From Mustelus asterias (Eukaryota): a DNA stretch of 64,000 bases. The stretch is taken from contig NW_027590121.1 in assembly GCF_964213995.1 (NCBI RefSeq), positions 124,001 to 188,000 of the forward strand, given 5' to 3'. The position numbers and the translations under genes were made by a program. Numbering within the stretch: the stretch's first letter is position 1; each line of letters starts with the position of its first letter. The notes below the pieces were generated by a model. That model was given only the letters and a program-made list of their open reading frames with translations, was not told the origin of the DNA and ran no database searches. Shown one piece after another: positions 48,361-60,569 of this stretch.

Positions 48361-51078
48361 CAGGGGCCTCCAAACTTTTCAGGACGAGGGCCACGTCGTA
48401 TATTTTACACATTTTCGGGGGCCAAAGAAAAAAAATAGTTTTATAAATGAATGAATAAAATTTAAATGAATGAATAAGTTTTATTTGGATCATCTTTGTA
48501 ATCAGGATGATATGGTTCAGAACAAAAGAGAAATGTGACAATTACAAAGAAACAATGCCATGCTTACACTGAGAGAAGATATATAATGAGTAAAAATATC
48601 AAACATTAGCAAATGCTCTGACGAAATAATCAATTACTTAACTGCAGATGAGAAATGCAGGCTATTCATTTTTTGATTTATTTTATTTACTGAAATTTTA
48701 CAAATGTTTACTTGAAATGAGAATTTGCCCAATTTTGTGGCACACAATGAGAAAAATAAACACAGCCCAAGAAAGAACTTCAGTAAAACAAGGCAAAGAA
48801 ATTCAAAATAAACTTGAACCATTCATGAAGGTCGAACAAAAATAAATTGAGTCTGCACCTTTCTACACAATTCTGGCAATTGGAGTTTTCATTCGTAACC
48901 AACAAATCATGAAGTTTTGCACAAGATTAATGGGAATGATGGAACTGCTTTTTAAATTTCAAAATATTGCTGAACTGAGGTTTCAAGCTTGAAATTTTTG
49001 AAAATGTTCGATGACACAGGTACGTTGTACCAAAAACTGATACAAACCCACAAGCAAATCGCTTCAAATTTGGAAACCGGTCAGGCTGCAAAGATTTATA
49101 AATTTGGATCAGATTTCCTTCTTTATACTTGTGTTTCAGCATGTCATCTGATTGGAGATCAATAATTTCCATTTGAAACTGACTTGGGAGTGTTTCAACA
49201 TTGCAGCCAAATGGATTTTGAAACAGCTTTATTTCATCTGTGTTTCCATCAAGATCAGAACATCGTTCCTGAAATTGGTTTTGCAAGTCCTTAATGATTT
49301 ATGTTGCAAATGAAGAAGGAAATTCTGCTTCAAATTCTTCATGAAATTTTTCACAACATGGAAAATGAACCAAGTTATGAACTTTCAGCTGTCCTTGAAA
49401 TAGCACCAGTTTTGCCCTGAATGCCTTGACATCCGCGAATAGATCACAAATCAATTTGTTTCACCTTGCAACTTCAGATTCAATTGATTCACATGGCCTG
49501 TCACGTCTGCAAAAAATGTCAATTTCCAAAGCCAGTCAGTGTTTGATAAAAGTGGTCCGGGTCGATTCTTCTGTGTGAGAAAGGACCATGATAGAACCTT
49601 TTCACAACTAAGCCATCGAACTGCTGTATAATAAGGCAAGTCACCGAACTCAGAATCAGTTTCTTTCAGAAAATCAGGAAACTGGCGATGATTAAGCCCA
49701 TGAGATAGAATGAAATTCACTGTTGGAACAACAGGTTTCAGAACGCAAGACAGATCCACATATTTTCCACACAATGCTTGTTGATGGATAATGCAATGCA
49801 GAAAAATAGGCTTTGAGAATTCACCAACCTCACAAGCTTTTGTGATTTGTCCAACCAAACCTTTCTTCACCCCAGATATGTTCTTTCCTCCATCAATTGT
49901 CACGCATTGCAGTTTATTCCACTCCAGGTTACATGATAACACAGTTTTTTTGCAATTCTTTGAAGATGTCTTCTCCAGTTACTGTGCTGTGCATGCTATG
50001 CACTGATGCTAATTCTTGTGTCACATTAAATTCACGGTCGACGCCACGGATGAATACTTGGAGTTGTGATGTGTCACACACATCAGTCGATTCATCCAGT
50101 GCGAGAGAATACAACTGAAAATGTCTTGCTTTGTCTGCAATTTGATGAATTATATTGCTTCCTATATCCTCAATTCTACGAGCAACAGTATTTGGTGCAA
50201 GAGCGATGATTTTGAACAGATTTGCTTTTACTGGGCATAACTCTTCCACTGCTTCCATTATACACTCTTTGATGAGATCTCCATCGGTGAATGGCTTTCC
50301 TCTTTTAGCCAACACATAAGCTAGTTTGTAAATGGCCCTGGTTAAAGCTTCATTTTCAGTTATCTTCTGCGTAAAAAAAGTTTGTCGGGAAAGGAACCTG
50401 CTTTGCATTGATTCAAATTTTTCCGAACGCTGTGTTCCTGTGAATTGGGAATAACTTGGTTCATGTTTGGTCTCAAAGTGCCGAAGTACATTGTACTCCT
50501 TCAAAACTGCAACAGTGTCGTTGCATATGGCACACAAGGCTTTATCACCTGCTTGTACAAGGAAGTACTTTACACCCCATTCTTCATTAAACAGGCGGCA
50601 TTCACTGTCCACTTTTCTTTTTTTTTCCTTCCATAGCCGAATTGGTCTGAATTACCGCCATCATTGTCATTGTTCTCGCTCATTTCAGACAGCCGGAGCT
50701 TACGGATTGGATAAAGCAGCTGCCACTCAGTCACTGCAGAGCGGCAATTGGATAACAGATGTCTCAATTGCTGATTCGTATAATGAACTGTCAGTCACAG
50801 GACGGCAGCTCTGATTGGAGAATAGGCCGGTAAAGAGGGCGGGGATTCCTATGGGTCCATCAGACACCGTGCGGAGCGGCAGCAAATGTCCGGCCTGTGG
50901 CTTCCGTCCCCGCGTCCGGATCCTGAGTCAGCGGCGGGGTTCCGGACGCGGGAATGTTTTCGGCAGCGGGAATCCCGTCCCGCCCCACTGGCTGCGGGCC
51001 AGATGTAGCCCGCTGCGGGCCGGATGTGGCCCGCTGCGGGCCGGATGTGGCCCGCGGGCCGTAGTTTGGAGACCCCTG
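48361..51078 (-). mobile_element. hAT DNA transposon (Charlie/SPIN, GTF2IRD2-like transposase), frameshifted
   Basis: TIRs CAGGGGCCTCCAAACT and CAGGGGTCTCCAAACT; ORFs 49929-50612 (CAIC..RHFETKH, SLALDESTD), 49451-49942 (HCIIHQ, VRWLS) and 48927-49286 (FGTTYLC); three GGCCCGCTGCGGGCCGGATGT-type subterminal repeats. Confidence 0.92.
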
Positions 51079-51319
51079 GCCGAGTTAAAACGATAAAGTC
51101 AACCCCATTGCCACCCAGATTTTTCCTTGTATCCCCATCTCTATCGCCAGCGCTTTGCAGCCTATTACTGTCCTTCACTATCTGTGTTTGCTTTTGCCCT
51201 GTTGCTCATGTGACATTTCCAACTCGGACACAACATGACAAATCTCAATCTAATGATTCTCACTGAGCTGTTTCGATCAGGAAGCAATTCAGGTTTGTTA
51301 AACGGATTATCAAAAACTT

Positions 51320-51390
51320 TAAACTTGAGTATATCGAAGCCGATCTATGACCCTGAAAGTGTCGAATCCTAACTACTCGACCACCAGGGT
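51320..51390 (-). pseudogene. Decayed tRNA-Glu(TTC)-like sequence
   Basis: CCCTGGTGGTCGAGTAGTTAGGATTCGACACTTTCA matches the tRNA-Glu 5' half; the 3' half is degenerate. Confidence 0.6.
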
Positions 51391-51694
51391 CTTATCTTCC
51401 TCATTCTCCCAGATCTTGAGTACAGGAATATGCACTGTGCCAATCAAGCACAGTCGCATTCTCTTTCTAGTCTTTCGCACGTTGCTTAGCTTTGAAATTG
51501 TTCATCTTTTCACATTAGCTTCCAGCGTGCTAAAAAACGAGCTGTGATCAGCTCAAGTTTTTCAACAGGTTTACCACAATAAGTTTTATCACAGAATGAT
51601 GCTGACATTGCTCTTTATATGTGGTGAGCTACAATGAAGTTTAATGCAGTAGAAGGTATCTCACTTTTTCTGAGACGATGTACCAGCAATTGCA

Positions 51695-51885
51695 ATGATG
51701 TGAAGATACCGGCGTTGGACTGGGATGGGCACAACATGAAGTCTCATAACACCAGGTTAAAGTTCAACAAGTTTATTTGCTCCGGTAATAAAAGAAAATT
51801 GCTTTATTTTATCAGCACTCCGAAAGCTCGTGATTCCAAATAAACCTGTTGGACTTTAGCCTGCTGTTCTGAGACTTCTCAATGT
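51695..51885. mobile_element. Penelope-like terminal-repeat fragments in inverted arrangement; another piece at ~52590-52665
   Basis: CCGGCGTTGGACTGGG...ACACCAGGTTAAAG and CCGAAAGCTCGTGATTCCAAATAAACCTGTTGGACTTTA, as at 9305 and 10885. Confidence 0.65.
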
Positions 51886-52043
51886 AAATACGAATTGTTG
51901 TCGATAAGTGACAGCATTGTGGAATAAGGCTGATTTCTTCCTCCCTGCTGCTCAACCTGGTAGAAGTATCACACCCGTTTTCGATCAGGAAACAATTCCA
52001 GCTCCTCCTAATTCATGTGCTGCATGAGAGCAATGAATCATCA

Positions 52044-52115
52044 TTCCCTGACTGGGAATCGAAAACTGGCTGCGACGGTGAAATCGCCGAATCCTAACCA
52101 CGAGACCAACAGGGA
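52044..52115 (-). tRNA. tRNA-Glu(TTC), probably a pseudogene
   Basis: 72 nt TCCCTGTTGGTCTCGTGGTTAGGATTCGGCGATTTCACCGTCGCAGCCAGTTTTCGATTCCCAGTCAGGGAA; acceptor stem intact, T-stem mispaired. Confidence 0.8.
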
Positions 52116-52144
52116 CATTAATGTGATCAGCACATTACTGGCCA

Positions 52145-52195
52145 TGTGTGTGTGTGTGTGTGTGCGTCTGTGTGTGTGTGTGTGTGTGTGCGTGC
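52145..52195. repeat. (TG)n microsatellite
   Basis: Seen directly. Confidence 0.9.
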
Positions 52196-52276
52196 ATGGT
52201 GTGTGGGGCGGGGAAGGGGGGGAGGTGCGGGGAAGGGGGGTGGAAAAAGGCCTCATGCCCCAGAACAATCCATGCC

Positions 52277-52348
52277 TGTTTCATGGTGTAATGGTTAGCA
52301 CTTTGGATTTTGAATCCAGCCATCCGAGTTTGCATCTTGGTGGAACCA
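52277..52348 (+). tRNA. tRNA-Gln(TTG), probably a pseudogene
   Basis: CATGGTGTAATGGTTAGCACTTTGGATTTTGAATCCAGC...GGTGGAACC; B-box damaged (GTTTGCATC). Confidence 0.8.
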
Positions 52349-53420
52349 CTATTCTCATCGACCCTCCTCTTGTTTAAACTGGGACAGATGAATAGGTGAA
52401 GCCGTCAACCACTTCATCTCTGAACTTTTTGTGTTGTTGAGCAATCATCCTCTGGGGCTGCAGCAGTGGTGCCAGGAGAGTCACTCCCTACATCATCTGC
52501 AATGTGATCGCATTGCGATTTGCTGAAAGTTCCTATTTTTTTAAAACATCGACTTTTTGCGAATTTTAATAAAATGCCCTTCAGCAAACCGGTAAGAATT
52601 CTCACGACACCAGATTAAAGTCCAGCAGGTTTATTTGGAATCACGAGCTTTCGTCGCTCTCGCTGAGGATTCACCACATTGCTCTGCCTTTGACTGAAAG
52701 CAGTAGATGTCTCGTGAATTCCCCGGTATCCTGAGTGTCTGACACTGATTAACACAATGCACTGTTCTTAATGTGAAATTAAGCGGTTTGATTCCATGTG
52801 GAGGATTTACACTTACATACTTCCGGGAAGCTGGTGACATCGTGGTAAAATCAGTGGAGTATGAATCCTGTGGCCCAGGCTCAAACGTCCGGATCCCACC
52901 ACAGTCCAGAACTCAAAATGAAGTGAAAGCTAGTTTCAGTAAAATAAAACAACAAATGCAGTGTGCATAAAGCAAGTTGTAAAACAGGCTGCAAGCTGCT
53001 GCTCTGGTGGTTAGAGTTTGACACTTTCACTGCTGTTTAGATTGCAAGTCAGGAGATGGAGATTTGTTGCTCTGATCCAAACCGTAAAAACAAATGTCAG
53101 TTATTGCCTGGTGGAACATATGAAACCCAATCTCGCCTCGTGTCCTGAAGTGAAGAATGACTAAATTCAACAGGAGGTTTTTTTTGTCATTTCTGGCAGG
53201 ATATTGGGAACCAGACAAGGTTACGGGCAGTTTAAATGGTGCTGGTCCTTCACTGCAGCTCATTCTGTTTCTAACTGGATGGGATTCCAGCTTGTTACAC
53301 AGTTCAGGGTGAATTTATTCAGTGAAGGAGCAGGCTCAAGCCAACTGATGGACTTTCGCAGCTCCTTTGCTGCTAATGGATTTCAGTAACAATATCAGTA
53401 AAGGGCACAATTGCTTACGT

Positions 53421-53501
53421 GGTAGCTGAGCCGAGTCATGTAAACCGGTGGATTAAGGTCCAGTCCCTACGGAGTCGTTGGTTCGATTGCAGCCACTGCT
53501 A
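53421..53501 (+). pseudogene. Decayed tRNA-Leu(AAG)
   Basis: GGTAGC..GCCGAG...TGGATTAAGG.CCAGTC..CGGAG..GGTTCGA...CTGC follows the tRNA-Leu(AAG) layout with a long variable arm. Confidence 0.65.
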
Positions 53502-54049
53502 GAATGGATTTGGATTTTGGTCCAAGCAGCTGAAGTCCAGCATTTCAGTTTGAATGCAGGAGTTTGTGCCGTGTCACTTTTGGCATGAAGAAAGAGGAAC
53601 GACAGAGCAATGTAAACAGTTGTTGAGGTAAAGGAACGAGTGTGGAAGGACTGGAGCAAATTATCGTGGATTCTGGAATCAGAAACAAAGAGAGAAAATG
53701 CTGGAAAATCTCACCAGGTCTGGCAGCATCTGTAAGGAGTGAAGAAAGTTGACATCTCGAGTCCAGATGGCCCTTTGTCAAATCTGGGAGGAGTGGAGTT
53801 GCTTCGATAGAGAATACAAACGGGAACACCGGTTGAATGGCTCTCTGTCGAAATAAACAACAGGATTGCAAACATTGAGACTGCAGTCCCGGCCCAGGGG
53901 ATGGATTGGGATTTTCAAACTGAGGTTCAAATCCTGCCATGTGCGCTTCCCGTCATTCCTCATTGTGATTTTTCTTTTATTGAAGGTTATTGGAAATGAA
54001 GCAATGGGTGCAGAGATGATCAACTCATTGCAAATCTCTCACATCAGCG

Positions 54050-54111
54050 TCACTGAGGGTCCAGTAATCAGCGTCGGCGCCGTGACGTGGTTTCGATTTC
54101 CAGTCACGGAG
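54050..54111 (+). pseudogene. Highly decayed tRNA-Glu-like relic lacking the anticodon loop
   Basis: TCACTGAGGGTCCAGT...TCGGCG/CCGTGACGTGGTTTCGATTTCCAGTCACGGA. Confidence 0.4.
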
Positions 54112-54462
54112 TGAATAACTTTTTGTTCATTTCTTCATTTAATAAAAACAAGGCTCACAGCGTCTGTGAAGGGAGCAACATCTAAATCTTTCAGCTGGAT
54201 GAACTTGTATCAGAGCTGGAAAAGTCAGAGATGTAACATTAACGATAAACTCTGAAGAAGAACCACATGACACACACAAGATACATGTCAAGTACATACA
54301 CAATACACATGCCAAATCATGTCACTTTCAAGTTGTGTCTTTTAACTTCCTGCTCTCCACCTCAGACATTTCCACATTCATCAAAAACCTCCGACCTCAA
54401 ACTCCATCCTGGTCCTCTATCCACTGATAATGCTACACTTATGGGGCACGTGAGCAGCATTT

Positions 54463-54535
54463 GGCTCCAGAGCTCAGTGGTTAGACCACTGGTCTTGTAA
54501 AGCAGGCGTCGCGAGTTCAATTCTCGCTGGAGCCA
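54463..54535 (+). tRNA. tRNA-Thr(TGT), likely a recent pseudogene
   Basis: GGCTCCAGAGCTCAGTGGTTAGACCACTGGTCTTGTAAAGCAGGCGTCGCGAGTTCAATTCTCGCTGGAGCCA; acceptor and T stems pair; single mismatches in the D and anticodon stems. Confidence 0.85.
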
Positions 54536-54859
54536 GTAGCAAAATTTAGCTGTTAGAAGCTGTAGGTGAGGGACTGGGAAACGAAATAGAGAGCTTTGAT
54601 GAGTGGAGGCTCAGATCGGGTTTAACTTTGGTAAGCGAATTGATATTCCCTCCTTGGTAAAAAAAAATAGAAAGAGCACGACATCTGTGAAGAGATGGAA
54701 AAAAATAAATGTCGATATTAAGAATAGGATAGTTGCGTTTTGTACAAGGAATGCATAAAGCGAGCATGTAGGTGCAAGCAATGATTAAAAGGGAAGTTAC
54801 ATTTTGGTCTTTATTGTCGGCAGACTGGGGTCCAAGAATAACGAGGTGTTGCTGCAGTT

Positions 54860-55385
54860 CATAGAAATCATAGAAACCCTACAGTGCAGGAGGAGGCCAT
54901 TCGGCCCATCGAGTCTGCACCGACCACAATCCCACCCAGGCCCTACCCCCCACATATTGACCCGCTAATCCCTCTAACCTACGCATCTTAGGACTCTAAG
55001 GGGCAATTTTTAACCTGGCCAATCAACCTAGCCCGCACATCTTTGGACTATGGGAGGAAAGATGTCCAAAGATGTGCAGGTTAGGTTGATTGGCCAGGTT
55101 AAAAATTGCCCCTTAGAGTCTTGAGATGCGTAGGTTAGAGGGATTAGCGGGTAAATATGTGGGGGTAGGGCCTGGGTGGGATTGTGGTCGGTGCAGACTC
55201 GATGGGCCGAATGGCCTCCTTCTGCACTGTAGGGTTTCTATGTTCCTATGAAACCGGAGCACCCGGAGGAAACCCACACAGACAGGAGGAGAATGTGCAA
55301 ACTCCACACAGACAGTGACCCGAGCTGGGAATCGAACCCGGGACCACTGGAGCTGTGAAGCAGCAGTGCTAACCACTGCGCTACA
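54860..55385 (-). mobile_element. HE1 SINE containing an inverted second SINE (55061-55250), within an old CR1 (~54680-55965)
   Basis: tRNA-like head at 55385-55320 (TGGTTAGCACTGCTGC...GGTTCGATTCCC); (TTCTATG)n tails at both ends of the palindrome. Confidence 0.88.
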
Positions 55386-57829
55386 GTTGCACAGGGTTTT
55401 GTTGATACCACATGTTGAATATTCTGTGCAGATATGATATTCACATTTAATAAAGGATATGTTTGCATTGGAAACGGTGCAGATAAGGTTCAGCAGATGA
55501 TCCCTGGGATGAGGGAGTTGTCGTATGATGAGAGGCTGAATAAATTGGGCTGAAATTCTCTGGAGTTTGGAAGAATGAGAGGCGATTTCATTCGACCTAC
55601 ACAAGTCTGATTGGGTTTGATAGGTTGGAGGCTGAGAGAGTTTTTCTGCTGGTCGGGAACTCTAACACACGGCAGCAGAGTCTCAGGAAAATGGGCTGAT
55701 CATTTCGGGCTAAGGTAAGGATAAATTACTTCACTGAAATGGTTGTGAACCTTTGGAATGCTCTATGCCAGACAGTTATGGAAGCTCCATCATCGAGTAT
55801 ATTTAAGGTTGGGATAGACAGGTTTCTGGCCTCTCGGGGAATTCAGGCATATGGGGAACTGGTGGAAAAACTGAGTTGTAGCCCAAGATCAGCCATAACG
55901 GTATTGAATGGCGGAACAGACTCGATGGACCAAGTGTCTACTCCTGCTCCGATTTATTGTGTTCATGTGGATGATCAAACTAGTAATTCATGTTATAATA
56001 AAACGTTCTCAGAAGCTGTTGCGACAAATGTGAAGCAGACAGAGTCAAGGTTCCGAGTCTAATATGACTCTTATTAAACCAGCAACTGAGTGTGAGTTAC
56101 AGCATTGAGCACAATATCGAAACAGGGAATTGAATTGAATCCAGGCAGTGAAAGCCCTGAATTTAAACTCCTGTATTATTTCTGCAGTAGACTTGTTCAG
56201 GAAACGTGCTTGCCAATTGAAAGTGTGGAGGTTTGAGAGCACCCCGAGCCAAATGGACTCGCGCTATTCCTGTTTCTGCTTATATTCCCGACATATATTT
56301 ACTTTGTGCCCTTCTGTAACAGTGAAACATTGTCCAAACTTGGCCAGTCTTGCTGTTATTCATTAAATTACCATACTGTTATGACACAGAGGTTAATCCC
56401 TTTTATCTCACATCATAATCTGGAAAAACTATTTGTGAAGCTGCTAACTGTTCTTAATTAACGTTCAGAGGCTTATTAATTTTAAAAATGCCTGTTACTC
56501 ACTTTGAGTGAATAATTAACAAGCTATTTGTTTAAATAACCAAGAACTTTAAGTAAACAAGTAACATGTTAATTAAGGTACGGTTCGACTGAAATGCTGT
56601 TCAAATAATACTAGGAACATTCATTACCAAAACTGTACTCACAGAATTTTAGTCACTCTCAAAGAAATTACACAACCAGCTTTGATGGGATTCAGAAGAT
56701 TTTGGAGTCCTTCAGTAGTTGTGCGCAGTCTGTAATGTCTTTCTAACTCCATATCCTTATGTTAGATAGTTTTCTAAAGCGATTTTTAAACTAGCAGGGG
56801 TCGAGAACTGCTGTAGAGACAAATGTTTTTTTGACTGGCTGCCCTGGCCTCTGGAGATGTTCACCCAAGATATTATCTAGAGATGGCTGCTCCTCTGGCC
56901 TGTTTTATCTGCCATGACCTCTCAGTTTTCTTACACCACGATTGGTTTGATGCTGACAACAATAAAAAAATCAAAGCTGATAGGTTCCCTTGAGCTGAGA
57001 GTTTACTTTAAACTCATACGTTGTTAGCTGAGTGTCTTCTTTAATTCAAATCCTAACAGAAAGGAAAAACCTGTGGAGGCTGTTATTAAGTCAACCCTGA
57101 TGTTTGGTCCCTTGCAAACAAATGTTGCAACCTGAAGTCTGTGTGTACTCTACATTTTAGCACAGAACTCAAAAACAGCATTTAAAGGACTGTTTTCTTC
57201 CCTCTAGCATTTTTTACAACTCTTTTATATATTTACAAACATTATTTTGTATGTTCACAAACTCAACTTGAAACTGGCAGATACAAACCGGGGTGCTGGC
57301 TCTCATCTGTTTCTTTTCAGGATGGAATTCGTCTGGTCTTCATGCTCACTGAAGCACCAACACGGCAAGGAGACCATTTGCTGGTTCAATCCATCCGAGT
57401 AGTTCCACGGATCTGTACTGCCCAATAAGACATCGGTGTCCACGCGTGAAGGAGCGAGTCCAATTGAAAAATAGTGTTGAGAAAAATGTCAAGGAGAAAA
57501 AATAAGTGAGGTATGAAGTTTTATTTAACGTGAATTTGAACAGACAGTATATAGAACATGTTTATTTTGTTAGACTATTTGGAATGTGCTGTAAACCCAA
57601 ATAAAATTCGTATATTTGACCAAGCTACGTGTTAAGTTGGTTGTTCAGGAAGAATACTCAATTTCTTCACTCTTCACTCACCTCCTACTCAATTAGAACA
57701 TAGCCTTGTGATGAGTGCATTAATTTCAACATCATGTTTCTCATGAATGGCGATAGTTTTGTCGAGATATATGGTATAAGCGATGATAAAGGAACACGGT
57801 TCCCCCCATCACCAACAGTTGGGGCAGTA

Positions 57830-58110
57830 CATTGGCACCGTGCTGCTTCAGAGCGCAGGGACCCATGTTCGAATCATGGCTTGGGTCACTGTCTGTGTGG
57901 AGTTTGCACATTCTCCTTGTGTCTGCCTGAGTTTCCGCCGGGGCTCCAGTTTCCTCCCACAGTCCAAAGATGTGCAGGTTAGGTGAGTTGGCCATGTGAA
58001 GTTCTCCCTGTGTATATGAGCAGGTGCTGGCGTGTGACGACTAGGGCATTTTCACAACAACTTCATTGCAGTATTAATGTAAGACTACTTGTGGCTAATA
58101 AATAAACCTT
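57830..58110 (+). mobile_element. V-SINE
   Basis: GTTCGAATC...TGGGTCACTGTCTGTGTGGAGTTTGCACATTCTCC...TTTCCTCCCACAGTCCAAAGATGTGCAGGTTAGG; ends AATAAATAAA. Confidence 0.8.
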
Positions 58111-59839
58111 AGCTCCATTCGCCCCACAGCGTTCAGGTGGGTATCCGACCAACCATAATCCGTAAGCAGTACTGCAAGTCTTTTTTCGTGTTACATTTAA
58201 AATCGCATGCAATTCTCTCCAAGTATCAATATTTTGATGCTTCATGGCCTTTAAAAATATTTGATTTCAGATTAGTAGGGCGGAACAGAATAAGCTCATA
58301 TTTACGCCTATAATACTTCAGGTGCCACCTTGTTTATCATTCAGTTATCCTGTCTATGTTTCCTTGCAGACTCTCGGTCCTTTCTTACGGTTTACAGTCC
58401 ACAGTTCACCTCGCCTGACATCATCAGAGGAATGCAAACATTTATTCTGCCTCTTTGTGTAAGTCGTTAAAATAAGCTGCAAATAACTGAGGATGAGGGG
58501 CTGATCCGCGAGGCACGTCATTGTTCATAGCTTTCAACTTGAAGATGTAACATGTACCTATTTGTGCTTGTTCTAAATAACTTGTCCTCTTTCCATGCTG
58601 ATGTATTGGTCCGACTCAATGAACCTTTATCATGCATCTTATCAAGTAAGTTTGGAAATTCAGCTTATGTCATCTACTGGTTTCCCTTTAACTAATAGAT
58701 AGTATCATCTGAAGATGCGGGAGGAGGGGGTGGGTCGGGGATGGTGGTGGTGGCGGGTTGGGGGGGGGGCGGGGTGGGGGGGGGCGGTAATTAAGAAGTA
58801 GAATAAAACCCTTTGGAATGCCAGGTTGACTTTTTGTTTTCTGATTGCAAAGTGCAAAGTTGATACTTCCTCAGTAAGGTGCCCTGTCACTTTCACGATA
58901 TTGTTGTCAAGTTAACTGCCCTCTCGTTACCTGACTTCAGAGTTGCATTACTGTTCATTAAGACTGCATCCACAATTGGAAGAAGAACTCCTCAACAACG
59001 TCAATTTTCTGTGTGATGTCTTCATAGAATTGATGTGCACCCACAGGTATCTAAAGCGTTTGTCCATTCAACAACTCCAAGCTGTATTACTCCTGCCACT
59101 GGAAGTCCACATCGAGTACGTGCCCCAGAGAGTCAGCTGCATCACCAAGAAGGAGAGCGGATAGAACACATAGACAACAAAAATGTATTGAGATAGAGGC
59201 AGAATAAGAGCCACTGAAAGAGTGAGAGTCCAAGGTCGATGCACAGAAAAAATAATCAGCGGTGTTTGAACTTGGAAGGAACAGATTAACTTCACAAGTC
59301 CATACAATTTGTAATTTATATTGGCAGGCAACACGAATATAAAAATATTACTCAGATTTGAACAGTGCCTGATCCAGACACCAGGACACAGCTGAACGCA
59401 TTAAACAGATGCAGTATCTCTGAACAATAATCGTTGTTGTCATCTTTAGGAGATTTTGTTTACAAATGATCTGGTTCAGAAAATACAAAACAACGATCTG
59501 AGGAATTACTCCTTGATGCGCATTACCTCTTTATCCATCTGTAAGGGAATATTTTTTGATGCAGAGTAAGCAAATGCAACCGTGAAACTGACTGAAAATA
59601 TCATCGCAAATCCCTGCCTAAACAGCGGCAATGTCTGTCACTTCTAATAAGTCGAAAGTCAACCTTCTCTTTTGTAGAATTTTTTTTTTAAATGTCCAGT
59701 TTCTCCTGAAGCCTGGTGATAAATAATCTGTGGTTTTCTGTAACAATTTGCAGTGAACTTTGATCTTCACCATTGGAACTCATGACAGTATAAACAGTTC
59801 AAAACGTCCGAGGTATTTTAGTTCGGTTTATTAGTTTTA

Positions 59840-60560
59840 CAAATGCATTCCCCAGATGAGTTAATTGCCTTAACCACTGGTCCTCCTTTATCTATTCTAC
59901 TACTTATATCCTCAAAAAACGCCCGTAGATTTAGTACAACATGATATGCCTTTCGTAGGTCCATGCTGGCATTGTCAAATCCCATTGACGCTTAATAATT
60001 AGTTAGTTACCACGTTTTTCTTTGTAATACACTCAAACACCTTTCCGGTGAGTAATGTCAAGCTAACTGGTCTATAATTCCCATGTTTTCTATCCGTCCC
60101 TTTTTAAATAGTGGGGTTACATTTTCCACCCTCCAATCTGTACGAACTATTCCTGAGTCGATAGAATTTTGGAAGATGACCACCAATGCAACCAACATTT
60201 CCAGGGTCCCTTCCTTTAATACTGTGGGATGTAGGTTATGAGGCTCTGGTGATTCGTCAGCCTTTAACTCCACTCATTCCCCCAGCCACGAATTTCTTTT
60301 TAATACTGATTTCCGAGAGTTCCGAAGTCCCATTAGACCCTTCGTTCTTTATCAATTCTGGGAGGTTATCTTTGTCCTCATTTGTGAACACCGAACCAAA
60401 GTCTGTGTTCTATTCTTCCGCCGCTTCTTTGTGATTATAATTGCCCTTGTTTCTGCCAGGTACCAACATTAGTCTTTACTAATCATTTTCTCCTCAGATA
60501 TTTAGTCAGTTTCTATGTTTCCTGCAATTTTACTCTCATACACTATTACTCCCCTTAATT
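59840..60560 (-). mobile_element. Old CR1 ORF2 fragment
   Basis: ORF 60058-60273 has LHPTVLKE...DWRVENVTPLFKKG. Confidence 0.75.
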
Positions 60561-60569
60561 ATGTTGTGT

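Noticed and set aside
57321-57510. Exon-like stretch with good AG and GT sites
   Set aside because: Stops in all three frames and no recognisable domain.
15138-58790. Poly-C/poly-G tracts (~15138, 20510, 25005, 27835, 58720) as functional G-quadruplex signals
   Set aside because: Low-complexity runs with no consistent position relative to V segments.
58931-59136. Minus-strand exon-like stretch (CAG|...|GTAAC)
   Set aside because: Multiple stops and no identifiable homology by eye.
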